Sequence record: NC_022096.1
Strand: one strand, 5' to 3'
DNA: 64,000 nt
Part shown: positions 48,195 to 56,847 of the stretch, one piece after another
Position numbering within the stretch: the stretch's first letter is position 1
How the letters are laid out: each line of letters opens with the position of its first letter
The notes under the pieces: generated by a model
Database searches by the model: none
What the model saw: the letters and a program-made list of their open reading frames with translations, nothing else
Told to the model about the DNA's origin: nothing
Made by a program: the position numbers and the translations under genes

Positions 48195-48906
48195 GCAAAG
48201 CGGCTGCGTGGTGTTTCGCTACGACCGCAACTTCGACTACGAAATCCTACTGGTGAAGTCCAGTGACGGTAAGGATTGGGTGTTCCCCAAGGGCGGCGTC
48301 GAGAAGCACTTGACGCCCAAGCAATCGGCAGCCAAAGAGGTGTATGAGGAAGCTGGTGTTGCTGGCCGCATCCTATCGACTCTCGGCAAGTACGAGTACC
48401 AGAAGCAAGGTAAAGATCAAAAAGTCACGATGTATGCGATGATGTATGAGCGCGACACCGATGACTGGCCGGAGAAGCATCTGCGCAAGCGGAAGTGGTT
48501 CAAGATCAAAGACGCCAAGAAGAAGCTTCCGAAACTGCTCAAGCCTTTCTTGGATGAGTTGAAGCAAGCCAACATGTTGGCGCTCAGCTCCAGCAATGTC
48601 ATGGATCAAGTTGGCCAGCACCTGCGAGAGTTGCCGGTGTTGGTCGACCACGCTGGTGAAGTCGAAGTGTCGCCTGATGAGTCTGTCCAAGTGGTTCTCG
48701 CTAACGGTGAGGATCGACTGACCATGCGCATTGAGGACTGGGGCCAGCACCCTCTTTCGCAGAAGATGACCATTCACTACGACTATGAGCACGAAGGACG
48801 TGAAGGCAAGCACTTCAAGCACACGTCGCTGCAAGGCGTAGCTGGTGATGTGGCAAGGATTGCAGGTCGTTTCCTCAGTGGACACCTAGCGATGCCCAAA
48901 GGGTGA
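48181..48906 (+). CDS. Nudix hydrolase with C-terminal extension
   Basis: WVFPKGGVEKHLTPKQSAAKEVYEEAGV Nudix box variant; WPE...RKRKW. Confidence 0.85.
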   Translation: MAVRKQSGCVVFRYDRNFDYEILLVKSSDGKDWVFPKGGVEKHLTPKQSAAKEVYEEAGVAGRILSTLGKYEYQKQGKDQKVTMYAMMYERDTDDWPEKHLRKRKWFKIKDAKKKLPKLLKPFLDELKQANMLALSSSNVMDQVGQHLRELPVLVDHAGEVEVSPDESVQVVLANGEDRLTMRIEDWGQHPLSQKMTIHYDYEHEGREGKHFKHTSLQGVAGDVARIAGRFLSGHLAMPKG

Positions 48907-48909
48907 CCT

Positions 48910-49101
48910 ATGTCTGTCATGGGAAGACGCGATTCGCCAACTGCTAGTCCGTGTGTTGGCCGTTGCAGCCATTGTGTCGGCGATGCGATATGCAGAGGAT
49001 GTGGTAGGACACTCGAAGAAGTGCGCGATTGGAACTCCTACTCCGATGATGAGAAGATCGAAGTCAAGAAAGCATGTATGCAACGGAAACGGGAGCCCTA
49101 G
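48910..49101 (+). CDS. DUF1289-family Cys-rich protein
   Basis: SPCVGRC......ICRGCGRTLEEVRDW. Confidence 0.75.
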   Translation: MSVMGRRDSPTASPCVGRCSHCVGDAICRGCGRTLEEVRDWNSYSDDEKIEVKKACMQRKREP

Positions 49102-49110
49102 GGCTCCCGT
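49089..49110 (+). terminator. Perfect 22 bp palindrome ending the plus arm
   Basis: ACGGGAGCCCT|AGGGCTCCCGT overlapping the stop codon, followed by TGTTGTTT. Confidence 0.65.
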
Positions 49111-49125
49111 TGTTGTTTCCGCACG

Positions 49126-49151
49126 CAAAAGAAAGGGAGCCGAAGCTCCCT
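49126..49151 (-). terminator. Intrinsic terminator of the minus arm (UUCG loop)
   Basis: Minus strand AGGGAGC-TTCG-GCTCCCT-TTCTTTT. Confidence 0.85.
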
Positions 49152-49276
49152 GTCACCGCTATGGTGCCGACCATCTGGTCTTCCACTCTTTGACCCGAGT
49201 CGTGGTATCTCGGAGATAGCGGATCACCTCCTGCTGCAAGAGCAGAGAGACAACCTCTCTAGCCCGCAACGATAAA

Positions 49277-49549
49277 TTACAGAGTGATCGCCATAGCAAC
49301 TGACGTGGTGATTCCACGAGAACTCAGGCGAGTCTCGAATGCGCGCTTGGACAGCCGTGCTGCCATGAGCATCGTCTTGAACCTGCCATAGTAACTCACG
49401 GCGTTCCTTTTCTTGGCTTCTTCCATGGCCTTCTGGACGAAGTAGATGTACTTGGCGTGATCACGGATCGAATGGATGGCTTCGATCTTCTCCATGAGGT
49501 TGGACAACACCCGTCGATCTTCGCCTGTCATGACATGCGCTTTGTTCAC
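49277..49549 (-). CDS. Hypothetical protein
   Basis: AGGAG SD, GTG start. Confidence 0.55.
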   Translation of the reverse strand: MNKAHVMTGEDRRVLSNLMEKIEAIHSIRDHAKYIYFVQKAMEEAKKRNAVSYYGRFKTMLMAARLSKRAFETRLSSRGITTSVAMAITL

Positions 49550-49590
49550 AGCAACTCTCCTAAGCAGTGGTTGCAGGTAAATTAGCGCCC

Positions 49591-49630
49591 AAATAGAAAG
49601 ACCCCGACAGCATTACCTGGTACGGGGCCT
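49591..49630 (-). terminator. Probable intrinsic terminator
   Basis: Minus strand GGCCCCG...CGGGGTC-TTTCTATTT just after stop 49638. Confidence 0.5.
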
Positions 49631-49637
49631 GTGTTAC

Positions 49638-49988
49638 TTACGCTGCGTAGTGGTCAAACACGGCTTGTTGGAATCCGGCTGTCAGCTCGCGCTTCACAGC
49701 ACGGCTCAGTTCAGACTCTCCGTGTGCCTGGAGGAGATACCAGAACCCTTTGCCCGGCAGGCCTTTATCTTGGCCGCTCTTGCGCACCACGATCGAGGTC
49801 AGTCTCGGCACTCGCTCGGCTTCGCACGCATGGAAGATTTCTCCCAAGATTGGCGAGAGCGTAGCGCCGAGAGCATTGCCGGAACTGGGCAGACCCAGCG
49901 CCAATGCAATCTCCTCATAAGTTGTGGTCTTCCCTAGGGTAGCCTTCGCTTCGAGGAAAAGTTTGACTGCTTTGGTTACGTTTGCCAT
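49638..49988 (-). CDS. Putative winged-helix DNA-binding protein
   Basis: TTYEEIALALGL...LGEI...PRLTSIVVRK...PGKGF; AGGAG SD. Confidence 0.5.
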   Translation of the reverse strand: MANVTKAVKLFLEAKATLGKTTTYEEIALALGLPSSGNALGATLSPILGEIFHACEAERVPRLTSIVVRKSGQDKGLPGKGFWYLLQAHGESELSRAVKRELTAGFQQAVFDHYAA

Positions 49989-50060
49989 GTGGCTTTCTCC
50001 TGACCATCGTGTGATGGTCTATAACACTGCCAGCGAAATTGCCAGCAGATTCGTTTGCGC

Positions 50061-50687
50061 TTAGCTGGCTGCGTCAGCCAACGTGCGCGGATTCAACGGC
50101 TTGCGGTTGTCTTCTACGGACACCAGATGTGCCGCATGTTGCAGCGAATTGCGGTGCTCGTAGCTGCTCAGGCTGCGGCGGATGTCTTCGAGCATCTGCA
50201 CCTGGCGCTCCAGTTGATCGAGCATGACTACGGCACACTGCGGCGTTGGAAGAGTGCTCTCCAACAGGAACATCGGATTCGCCTCCAGTTTGATGCCCTT
50301 GGTTTCGATCAGTGCTTTCAGATCGGCGATGCGCTTGTTCAACGCAGCCGCGCACTGCAACGCAATCTTCTGCGTGGTGCCGATCATGTACTGGAACGGC
50401 ATGCGCTCGGCTTCGAGCAGCGCTGCCAGTTCTTCCCAGGTGCGGGTGCCCAGTTCACTGTCCCGATCTTTCAGCACGTCCATCGTCCACAGAGCAACCA
50501 CGACCTCACTTTGCTCGGATAGCGTGCGGAAGAACATGCCGCTTGTGATGATCAGGTAGTTGGTGCCTTGGTGTGACTGGTACGGCCAACCCTGAATGTC
50601 CTTCCAGTCTTTGCTGGTCAGTGCTTCGCCCATTTCTCGGGTCAGCATGTACAGGTAGCCGAACTTCGCTTTATCACGCATTGCCAT
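50061..50687 (-). CDS. Hypothetical protein with C-terminal coiled coil
   Basis: Start abuts the upstream stop codon. Confidence 0.55.
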   Translation of the reverse strand: MAMRDKAKFGYLYMLTREMGEALTSKDWKDIQGWPYQSHQGTNYLIITSGMFFRTLSEQSEVVVALWTMDVLKDRDSELGTRTWEELAALLEAERMPFQYMIGTTQKIALQCAAALNKRIADLKALIETKGIKLEANPMFLLESTLPTPQCAVVMLDQLERQVQMLEDIRRSLSSYEHRNSLQHAAHLVSVEDNRKPLNPRTLADAAS

Positions 50688-51341
50688 TTACACTACTCCA
50701 TTCTTGTTGATGGCGAACCCTTCTCGTTCTGCCCATTTGTCTACAACTTCTTTTGCAGCGTGGTCCCAATTGGTCTTGCGGTCCTGCTTGAAGTCGTTCC
50801 AGACTTGCGAGCAGTCGGCCATCTTGGGGATGTTGCCATGCAGCGAATTACCATCCTCACGCAACTCATACAACACGTCTTCGGTGACGATACTGCGAGC
50901 GCAGTGCCGCTTCGTGCCCGGGTAGCCGTCAATGTACACCAAGTCCCAGAAGGCTGAGTTGGGAAACTGCACCCAGATCATATCCCCATCGCAGCGGACT
51001 CGCTCCGCCCACGCTAGGGCCGTCACCGAAGACTCGAGGCGAGTGAACTTCAAGCACTCATCCCACAGATCGGCACGGTGAGTGCGTGTGTAGTCATCGG
51101 CCTCAACAGTTGGCACGGGGTGTTCCGTACGGATGCTCAGATCGCTTCCCCGCCACGCATGTGCCAAATGATTGCGCACGCGCTCGATTTCCTGCAGTGA
51201 CTTACGGCGACCCGCGGGTTTTGGCGGCGGGATCGGATGCCACGTTCCGCTGGGTGTTTGACGCAGCGCGTGTTCGTACTCCAGCAGAAGCATCTGGTAG
51301 GCTAAGTGCTCCAGATGTTGAATCTCATGCGGTCGGTGCAT
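50688..51341 (-). CDS. Hypothetical protein
   Basis: GGAGG SD; tiles the arm. Confidence 0.55.
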   Translation of the reverse strand: MHRPHEIQHLEHLAYQMLLLEYEHALRQTPSGTWHPIPPPKPAGRRKSLQEIERVRNHLAHAWRGSDLSIRTEHPVPTVEADDYTRTHRADLWDECLKFTRLESSVTALAWAERVRCDGDMIWVQFPNSAFWDLVYIDGYPGTKRHCARSIVTEDVLYELREDGNSLHGNIPKMADCSQVWNDFKQDRKTNWDHAAKEVVDKWAEREGFAINKNGVV

Positions 51342-51840
51342 CTTCTGCCTCCAGATTGGCGAGCGCAGTGGTGATGTTGCCGTAGATGATCAGAGAACGC
51401 GCCAGCCGATACGCATACCGTGCGCGCTCATTCGGATGCACGGTGATCTTGCGCGTCTCCTGGAACTGATGCCATTGTGCGCTCAGCTTCCGTGACAGCG
51501 TTTCTTCGTCGTTCTGGCCGTCGAAGTTGAACGAGTGCAGCGCCCGCATTATGGCGAAGTGGGCCTCGCCGTTGTGTTTGTCCCGCAACATGCGCAGCTC
51601 GCCGCTTTTCTCATGCGGCATGGTACGGTACAAGCCGATTACGGCGTAGCACTGTCGATTGCCTTCAAACCACTGTGCGATAAACACGCCGCGAGTCCTG
51701 CTCTTGGACAGGTCAGGTTCGACTAGCCCGCTAAACCCAGGCCGTGCCGCGATGTCACGCAGCGCCTGAATTTGGTGCTCGGTAAAATTGAGCACGTCGT
51801 TGTCGATGAATGTGTTTCCGCTGAGTTGGACGTCGGTCAT
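51325..51840 (-). CDS. Hypothetical protein
   Basis: ATGA overlap with the upstream gene. Confidence 0.55.
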   Translation of the reverse strand: MTDVQLSGNTFIDNDVLNFTEHQIQALRDIAARPGFSGLVEPDLSKSRTRGVFIAQWFEGNRQCYAVIGLYRTMPHEKSGELRMLRDKHNGEAHFAIMRALHSFNFDGQNDEETLSRKLSAQWHQFQETRKITVHPNERARYAYRLARSLIIYGNITTALANLEAEDAPTA

Positions 51841-52133
51841 GTTCGTGTGTTCCGTGCGTGAGTTTCCAGATGCGGCAGGCCTAGTTCATCAGCGAGTTCG
51901 CGCTCTCTCGGCCACAGCCAGTTCGTATCCAGCATACCCCAATGCTCAAGTCGGTATTGCACATCTTCTCCGGCGCCGAACGTCGCAATCTTCACCGACA
52001 ACTTCTTTGCATGGTCTCGAATAACCCGAGTGATCGCTGGCTTGGGTAACGTAGTGGCCGCCATAAGTTCATTCAGTGTGTGATGCCCTTTTGCCAGTGC
52101 CATCAGCACATAGGCAGTGCGTTTCACGTTCAT
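51837..52133 (-). CDS. Winged-helix (HTH_43-like) protein
   Basis: RTAYVLMAL...LMAATTLPKPAI...YRLEHWGMLDTNW; paralogous to the C-terminus of 1088-1636. Confidence 0.6.
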   Translation of the reverse strand: MNVKRTAYVLMALAKGHHTLNELMAATTLPKPAITRVIRDHAKKLSVKIATFGAGEDVQYRLEHWGMLDTNWLWPRERELADELGLPHLETHARNTRT

Positions 52134-52136
52134 GGA

Positions 52137-52661
52137 TCACCAGTCAAAATGTTGTGGTCTCTTGTACGTACGGTATCCGCGTCTGCCGTTCTTGGTGTTG
52201 CGGTGCGTGTCCAGCTGCGGACCTATGTCGGTAAGCTCACCGAGTTTCCACTTGCCGGTGTACAAGCACAAGCACATGCCGATAAACTGCCACTTCGGAC
52301 CTACGCGGAAATCCTTTTGGTCTTCTTCTGCCTTATCGCAGGACAGTTTGTCACAGCCTGCGATCTTGTAATACTCGATGCCTTCCGTCTCGTGCAAGTC
52401 ACCCAAGTGAATTGCAACAAGATCGGTGCACATAAACATCGTGCGTCGAAATTCGTTGGCCACGCGGTTTGCGTAGCGTATCGCTCTGACTTCGTTCCCA
52501 TACCTACTGGACGACTCTATTGCTTTCGAGTACAGCGGAGGGAACGCACCGCCTGGGCGGCGAGCGTTGTGGAGAGTGCAAATACGCTCAACCAGTTCCC
52601 GCGAGCAGCCTGAGAACACAAAGGCACGCTTCGAGGAGTGGGACACTGCGTACACGGACAT
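52137..52661 (-). CDS. Hypothetical protein
   Basis: GGGGA SD. Confidence 0.55.
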   Translation of the reverse strand: MSVYAVSHSSKRAFVFSGCSRELVERICTLHNARRPGGAFPPLYSKAIESSSRYGNEVRAIRYANRVANEFRRTMFMCTDLVAIHLGDLHETEGIEYYKIAGCDKLSCDKAEEDQKDFRVGPKWQFIGMCLCLYTGKWKLGELTDIGPQLDTHRNTKNGRRGYRTYKRPQHFDW

Positions 52662-52675
52662 AACTCTTCCCCTAT

Positions 52676-52698
52676 GGAAAGCGGCCCGAAGGCCGCTT
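52676..52698 (-). terminator. UUCG hairpin, probable terminator
   Basis: Minus strand AAGCGGCC-TTCG-GGCCGCTT-TCC after the SPFH gene. Confidence 0.65.
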
Positions 52699-52707
52699 GT
52701 GGATCGC

Positions 52708-53547
52708 TTACTTGACGCTGATATTCGGCATCGCGCCGGGTGCCATGATCACGCACGTGGACTTCGCACACGCATCGCTGTACGCCTTGATGGCGTTGAC
52801 TTGCAGCGACTGTTCGGCGGTGTAGCCCATCTTGTCGGCGTATTCCTTGTCCGCTTCGGCGCGTGCCTTCTCAGACTTCTTACGCTGGATTTCGGCAGCT
52901 TCTTTCGCAACCAGTGTCACAGAACGCTGCTGCTCCGCTGCCGTTTCGTCCAGCTGATCAACCACCTTGTCGTTCGGTCGCCCGCGGCCCATGTTGAAGT
53001 CGGTGATGATGACATTCAGCCCATCGGCCTTGGCACGATCATTCAGGGTCTGCAGGAGTGCCTTCTCGATGTCCGCCGCCACAGTTGCATCAGATAGGAG
53101 CTGGCTCATGGTGTACGACTTTGCCAGATCGCGGAACGTGGACTGCCACGGTGCCATCAGGTTGTTGTCGAACCACTTTTCACCCTTGGTCTGAATGAGC
53201 TGGCGCGCATCCGTCACTCGCACTTGAATGGACGTCGTGTAGTCCAGCAAGTAGTTATCCTTCGTGGGCAAGTCCTCGAAGGGCAGTTCGATACGTTCTG
53301 GCAAGACGTTCACCGGAATGCCCACTGTGGTGAGCCATTCGACGCTTCGACTGCCGGACTTGAGCGTGTAGGGACGTACACCCTCAGCACCCCAGAAGTA
53401 CGGACGATCCACGAGGACAACCTCCTGACCGTTCTCCGCGATGATCGAGTGCTTGAAGAACACCCAGATGACGACTTGGGCTACCACGAACAGGGCAGCC
53501 AGAGCTGCGATCAGCCACACGATAACGTGGCCACGATTGTTGCGCAT
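52708..53547 (-). CDS. SPFH/band-7 (prohibitin-like) membrane protein
   Basis: N-terminal TM; GQEVVLVDRPYF..GV; DLPTKDN; IITDFNMGR..P..VVDQL; coiled-coil tail. Confidence 0.8.
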   Translation of the reverse strand: MRNNRGHVIVWLIAALAALFVVAQVVIWVFFKHSIIAENGQEVVLVDRPYFWGAEGVRPYTLKSGSRSVEWLTTVGIPVNVLPERIELPFEDLPTKDNYLLDYTTSIQVRVTDARQLIQTKGEKWFDNNLMAPWQSTFRDLAKSYTMSQLLSDATVAADIEKALLQTLNDRAKADGLNVIITDFNMGRGRPNDKVVDQLDETAAEQQRSVTLVAKEAAEIQRKKSEKARAEADKEYADKMGYTAEQSLQVNAIKAYSDACAKSTCVIMAPGAMPNISVK

Positions 53548-53564
53548 GTTTGTATTTCCTTGTG

Positions 53565-54224
53565 TTATGGGAAGTATTGCTCGACGATTTTCGCCAGGTG
53601 GATCAGCTTGTTGTTGCGGTGGGTTTTCTCGGTTTGCTCAACCTGCAAGCGCAGGTGCTTGATGTTCTTGTCCAGACGCATGGCATACGACCAGGCATCG
53701 TTGATCTGCGAACGCTCGCTGGACAGCATGCCTTCTTCGATGCGGGCCGTTTCTGGCCCAGGGTGGACGCCGAGGTTGATCAGCGCCTGCCGCAGTTTCG
53801 CTTCCATGACTTCGAGTTTGTGCAAGCTGCCCCAGAAGTAGTCCAGCGGCATCGGCAGAACGGCCTTCAGTTCAGGGTCTTCTTGCAGGCACTCGACGAC
53901 GAGAGTGTAACTTGGGTCAGTCAGCACCGACAGGGGAGGGCAGTTTGCCATTGCTTCGGTCTTGTACCGCACCACTCGGAACCCCAGGGTGTCGAGCATG
54001 ATGTCGGCGTTATCCGCCAGCCAGTTGACATACTTCTCATCGCAACCAACGCGAATGAAAACGCAGCTCAGGTCATGCAACCGATAGATGTCCAGATCGG
54101 CTGGCGGCTGGGACGACAGGAACTGCTGAAACGCAGGGCCATTGCGGTTGAAGATTGCGAGCGCCATGGACTCGATGCGCGGAATCTCACGCTCGATATG
54201 GACGATCGGGTCGTTTGGGTTCAT
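53565..54224 (-). CDS. Hypothetical protein
   Basis: GAGGA SD; ATGA overlap. Confidence 0.55.
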   Translation of the reverse strand: MNPNDPIVHIEREIPRIESMALAIFNRNGPAFQQFLSSQPPADLDIYRLHDLSCVFIRVGCDEKYVNWLADNADIMLDTLGFRVVRYKTEAMANCPPLSVLTDPSYTLVVECLQEDPELKAVLPMPLDYFWGSLHKLEVMEAKLRQALINLGVHPGPETARIEEGMLSSERSQINDAWSYAMRLDKNIKHLRLQVEQTEKTHRNNKLIHLAKIVEQYFP

Positions 54225-54769
54225 AGCAGTTCCTCGATTGCAGTTTTGATGTCACCACGAATGATCGGTGCCCAGCGTAGATCAGAGAAGCGGCGATTGA
54301 TGAAGGCCAAGTCGTGATCGGATGCGCCGTGCCAGTACGCAAAGCCCATGACGTAGACGCGGAACGCCATATCCATACGCATTTCTTGTTGCATACTCTG
54401 GCTGCCCAAGCGATGATAGCCGAGCGCGTTGATCCGCACATGGGCGTCATCCGGCATGAATCGCTTGAACGTGCGCGAGTGATACATGATTTGGCGCGGC
54501 AGCTCACTCTCGACCAGAAACGGATCGACACCGTCCAGATGCGCCCAGTCCTCGCCGGCTGCTGCGCAAGCAGCCAACCAGTGGATGTTGAGGTACGCCT
54601 CGAGGTCAGACGCGGTCAGGTCAAGTGGCATGCTGCCTGCGAGAATGAGCACATTCGGCACGGCGTTCGCGCACACTTCAAGCTGTTCGTCAAAACCTGT
54701 CCGATGAAATTCGCGGAAGCGGAGCCTGAAGTCGTTCTTGGTCGCGTCTACCCCATCCACTACCTGCAT
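54221..54769 (-). CDS. Hypothetical protein (start uncertain)
   Basis: Protein-like composition only from MQVVDG onward; upstream part of the track ORF overlaps another gene. Confidence 0.45.
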   Translation of the reverse strand: MQVVDGVDATKNDFRLRFREFHRTGFDEQLEVCANAVPNVLILAGSMPLDLTASDLEAYLNIHWLAACAAAGEDWAHLDGVDPFLVESELPRQIMYHSRTFKRFMPDDAHVRINALGYHRLGSQSMQQEMRMDMAFRVYVMGFAYWHGASDHDLAFINRRFSDLRWAPIIRGDIKTAIEELL

Positions 54770-55373
54770 TCGCAAAGCCTGTGCGGCTTCCAGACAGGAC
54801 GCCTTCGTAGTAGTAGAGGAGTTCTCGGCAGAGGGATTGCAAGACACGTTCGACATAGTTGAGCCTGCTTGGGTCCATGTTCGTGAGAGTGCGGAGTTTT
54901 TCTGCGGTGTCCGGGTCCACACGGTACAGTGGACGTATGAGAGCCAACACCGTTTCGATGATCCCTGTGATCGGGTGAAACTTGAGCGTGTGATTCCCCT
55001 GGACATCGCCGTACACTGTCATATCTACCGTGTGATCGACAGTGAATCCGCAGACTTCCGTCAACGAATACACAGCGTCCATGTATTCACGGAACAAGGC
55101 CATGTCCCGAGTAAGCAGCTCAAATTCGAGCTTCGGGAGATTGGATTTTTGAGTGTACGCAGGTGTTGCAGAGTGCCCTGAGTAAAATAGGTCCGGACTT
55201 GGAAACTGAATGTTCACGCTGAACGAACCGCCCAAGCGGCTACAACGCAGAAACAACGTGAACCACTCCACCATGAGCAACGCAGCCGGCTTGTTGTCCT
55301 CGTCGGCCTTGGTTTCAGCCAACTCCTTCAGGACATCTGCTAGCGCCCTTTCGCCTTGCCCGATTGCTTGCAT
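54690..55373 (-). CDS. Hypothetical protein
   Basis: 227 aa; overlaps the next gene by about 80 nt. Confidence 0.5.
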   Translation of the reverse strand: MQAIGQGERALADVLKELAETKADEDNKPAALLMVEWFTLFLRCSRLGGSFSVNIQFPSPDLFYSGHSATPAYTQKSNLPKLEFELLTRDMALFREYMDAVYSLTEVCGFTVDHTVDMTVYGDVQGNHTLKFHPITGIIETVLALIRPLYRVDPDTAEKLRTLTNMDPSRLNYVERVLQSLCRELLYYYEGVLSGSRTGFANAGSGWGRRDQERLQAPLPRISSDRF

Positions 55374-55732
55374 TTCATCAGCCTCTTGACCTGTTTGATT
55401 ACGGAGTCCCCATGGCAGCGCTCATTCGCGTCGCAGAAGCATACAAGCCGAACGTCATGTCCAGCTTGCAACCACTCCACGATTTTGTTGAGCCTCTCCA
55501 TGATCGCCTTGTCTTTGTGCTTTACACTAAGCTCCAAGGCGGTGTCATACAGGTCGCACACTTCGTCGCGGTTGCCGTCTCGACCGAGCACGTAATCGTT
55601 ACCCAAAGGCGACGGCCTGCCGATGAACTCATCAATCGTCGGAGCTTTTCGTGGGTCCAAAATAACGACAGGACGGCGGCTGTGATTGATCCGACTCAAG
55701 ACGCCAAGGGTGTTGGTTTTGCCGAAAAGCAT
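55340..55732 (-). CDS. DUF4326-family protein
   Basis: FIGRPSPLGNDY...GNRDEVCDLY...LVCFC....CHGD. Confidence 0.75.
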   Translation of the reverse strand: MLFGKTNTLGVLSRINHSRRPVVILDPRKAPTIDEFIGRPSPLGNDYVLGRDGNRDEVCDLYDTALELSVKHKDKAIMERLNKIVEWLQAGHDVRLVCFCDANERCHGDSVIKQVKRLMKCKQSGKAKGR

Positions 55733-56306
55733 TTGCTAACTCCGGATCGTGGACCACAAGCTCCACATTCAATTGGTGGTTGGCGATTGAGGCTTCCGTG
55801 TTATTGCGCTCATCGCAGATCACGTCAAAGCCTTTGTTTTCCGAGAGTACGGAGCGAGGCTTGTCGAAGACGTACACCCACGGCATGGTGCGAGTAGGCG
55901 TGTCGTTACTCGTTGCAGTCACGGTGACCACAAGATAACCTTGCGCCAACAAGCCTGCATCCCAGTCCACTTCCGCGACGACAGTGAACGGAGAATGCCC
56001 TTCGTAGCACACGTCGAGAAAACGCTCTATCAAACGATGCAGCGTTTCCTTGGCCGCGTCGGCAGCAACCTCTATCGGTGCGTTCTTGAAACTGGAACGC
56101 AACAACGCCAGAGTTGCGGAGTTTGCCGTGAACAAGGCGTTCATGAAGTACGTCGGTGCTTTCGGACTCTTGGCGTCGTGCAGAATCGCACACAGCGAGC
56201 GCCACGTCTCAGGCATTTCGTCAATCACCCTCTCCGCGTATTGCAGATCGATGAAACGAGCGAGTACGCCACCTGCCTGCGGATCATTACTGAGCACGCC
56301 TAGCAT
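55632..56306 (-). CDS. Hypothetical protein
   Basis: 224 aa; about 100 nt overlap at the 3' end. Confidence 0.5.
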   Translation of the reverse strand: MLGVLSNDPQAGGVLARFIDLQYAERVIDEMPETWRSLCAILHDAKSPKAPTYFMNALFTANSATLALLRSSFKNAPIEVAADAAKETLHRLIERFLDVCYEGHSPFTVVAEVDWDAGLLAQGYLVVTVTATSNDTPTRTMPWVYVFDKPRSVLSENKGFDVICDERNNTEASIANHQLNVELVVHDPELANAFRQNQHPWRLESDQSQPPSCRYFGPTKSSDD

Positions 56307-56623
56307 TGTGCCTTCTCCAGCGGAGTGATGATAACGGTTCTCTCAGGCTTACCTGCAACGATCTTGGCCCCAGTAAAATCCGGATACTCCGTACGGTGCA
56401 GGTCGTCACGCCACTTGCCGCCTTTGGCTATGACGTTGCGACTGCGCTTGTAGTAGACGCCGCACTTACACGTATGGTCAATCTCGCCGCCGTCACCCGT
56501 GTCGTACTCGTCCGACAGGTAGGTGCGATCCTCGATCAACGCACCGCACTTGCACTGCAGGACATGGATGTGAAGTTGTGGGTACTTAGCTTCCGCCATT
56601 GGCTTCATCCTCTGCCGTTGCAT
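56300..56623 (-). CDS. Small CxC-pair (zinc-binding?) protein
   Basis: QCKCG...TCKCG; true start may be MAEAK. Confidence 0.5.
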   Translation of the reverse strand: MQRQRMKPMAEAKYPQLHIHVLQCKCGALIEDRTYLSDEYDTGDGGEIDHTCKCGVYYKRSRNVIAKGGKWRDDLHRTEYPDFTGAKIVAGKPERTVIITPLEKAQC

Positions 56624-56843
56624 CGAGCAGTGCAGTCAAGCCATCGCGCAGCGCTACTAGGCTTTCTCGATCAGTAACCACACCGGCGCGATGGCCTCCT
56701 TCGAGTTCTATACCGAAGCCGGTGCCCCAGCTATCGTCCCATTTGACGACATCGATGTGACCTCCGCCATTGCCTTCTGGATACGCGCCTTTAAGGGCAA
56801 GATGGAAACCGGGTCGTTTGCTTTTGCGCTCTCGTGTGCTCAT
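56586..56843 (-). CDS. Hypothetical protein
   Basis: ATG 56843 just after the upstream stop. Confidence 0.5.
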   Translation of the reverse strand: MSTRERKSKRPGFHLALKGAYPEGNGGGHIDVVKWDDSWGTGFGIELEGGHRAGVVTDRESLVALRDGLTALLDATAEDEANGGS

Positions 56844-56847
56844 CGGC

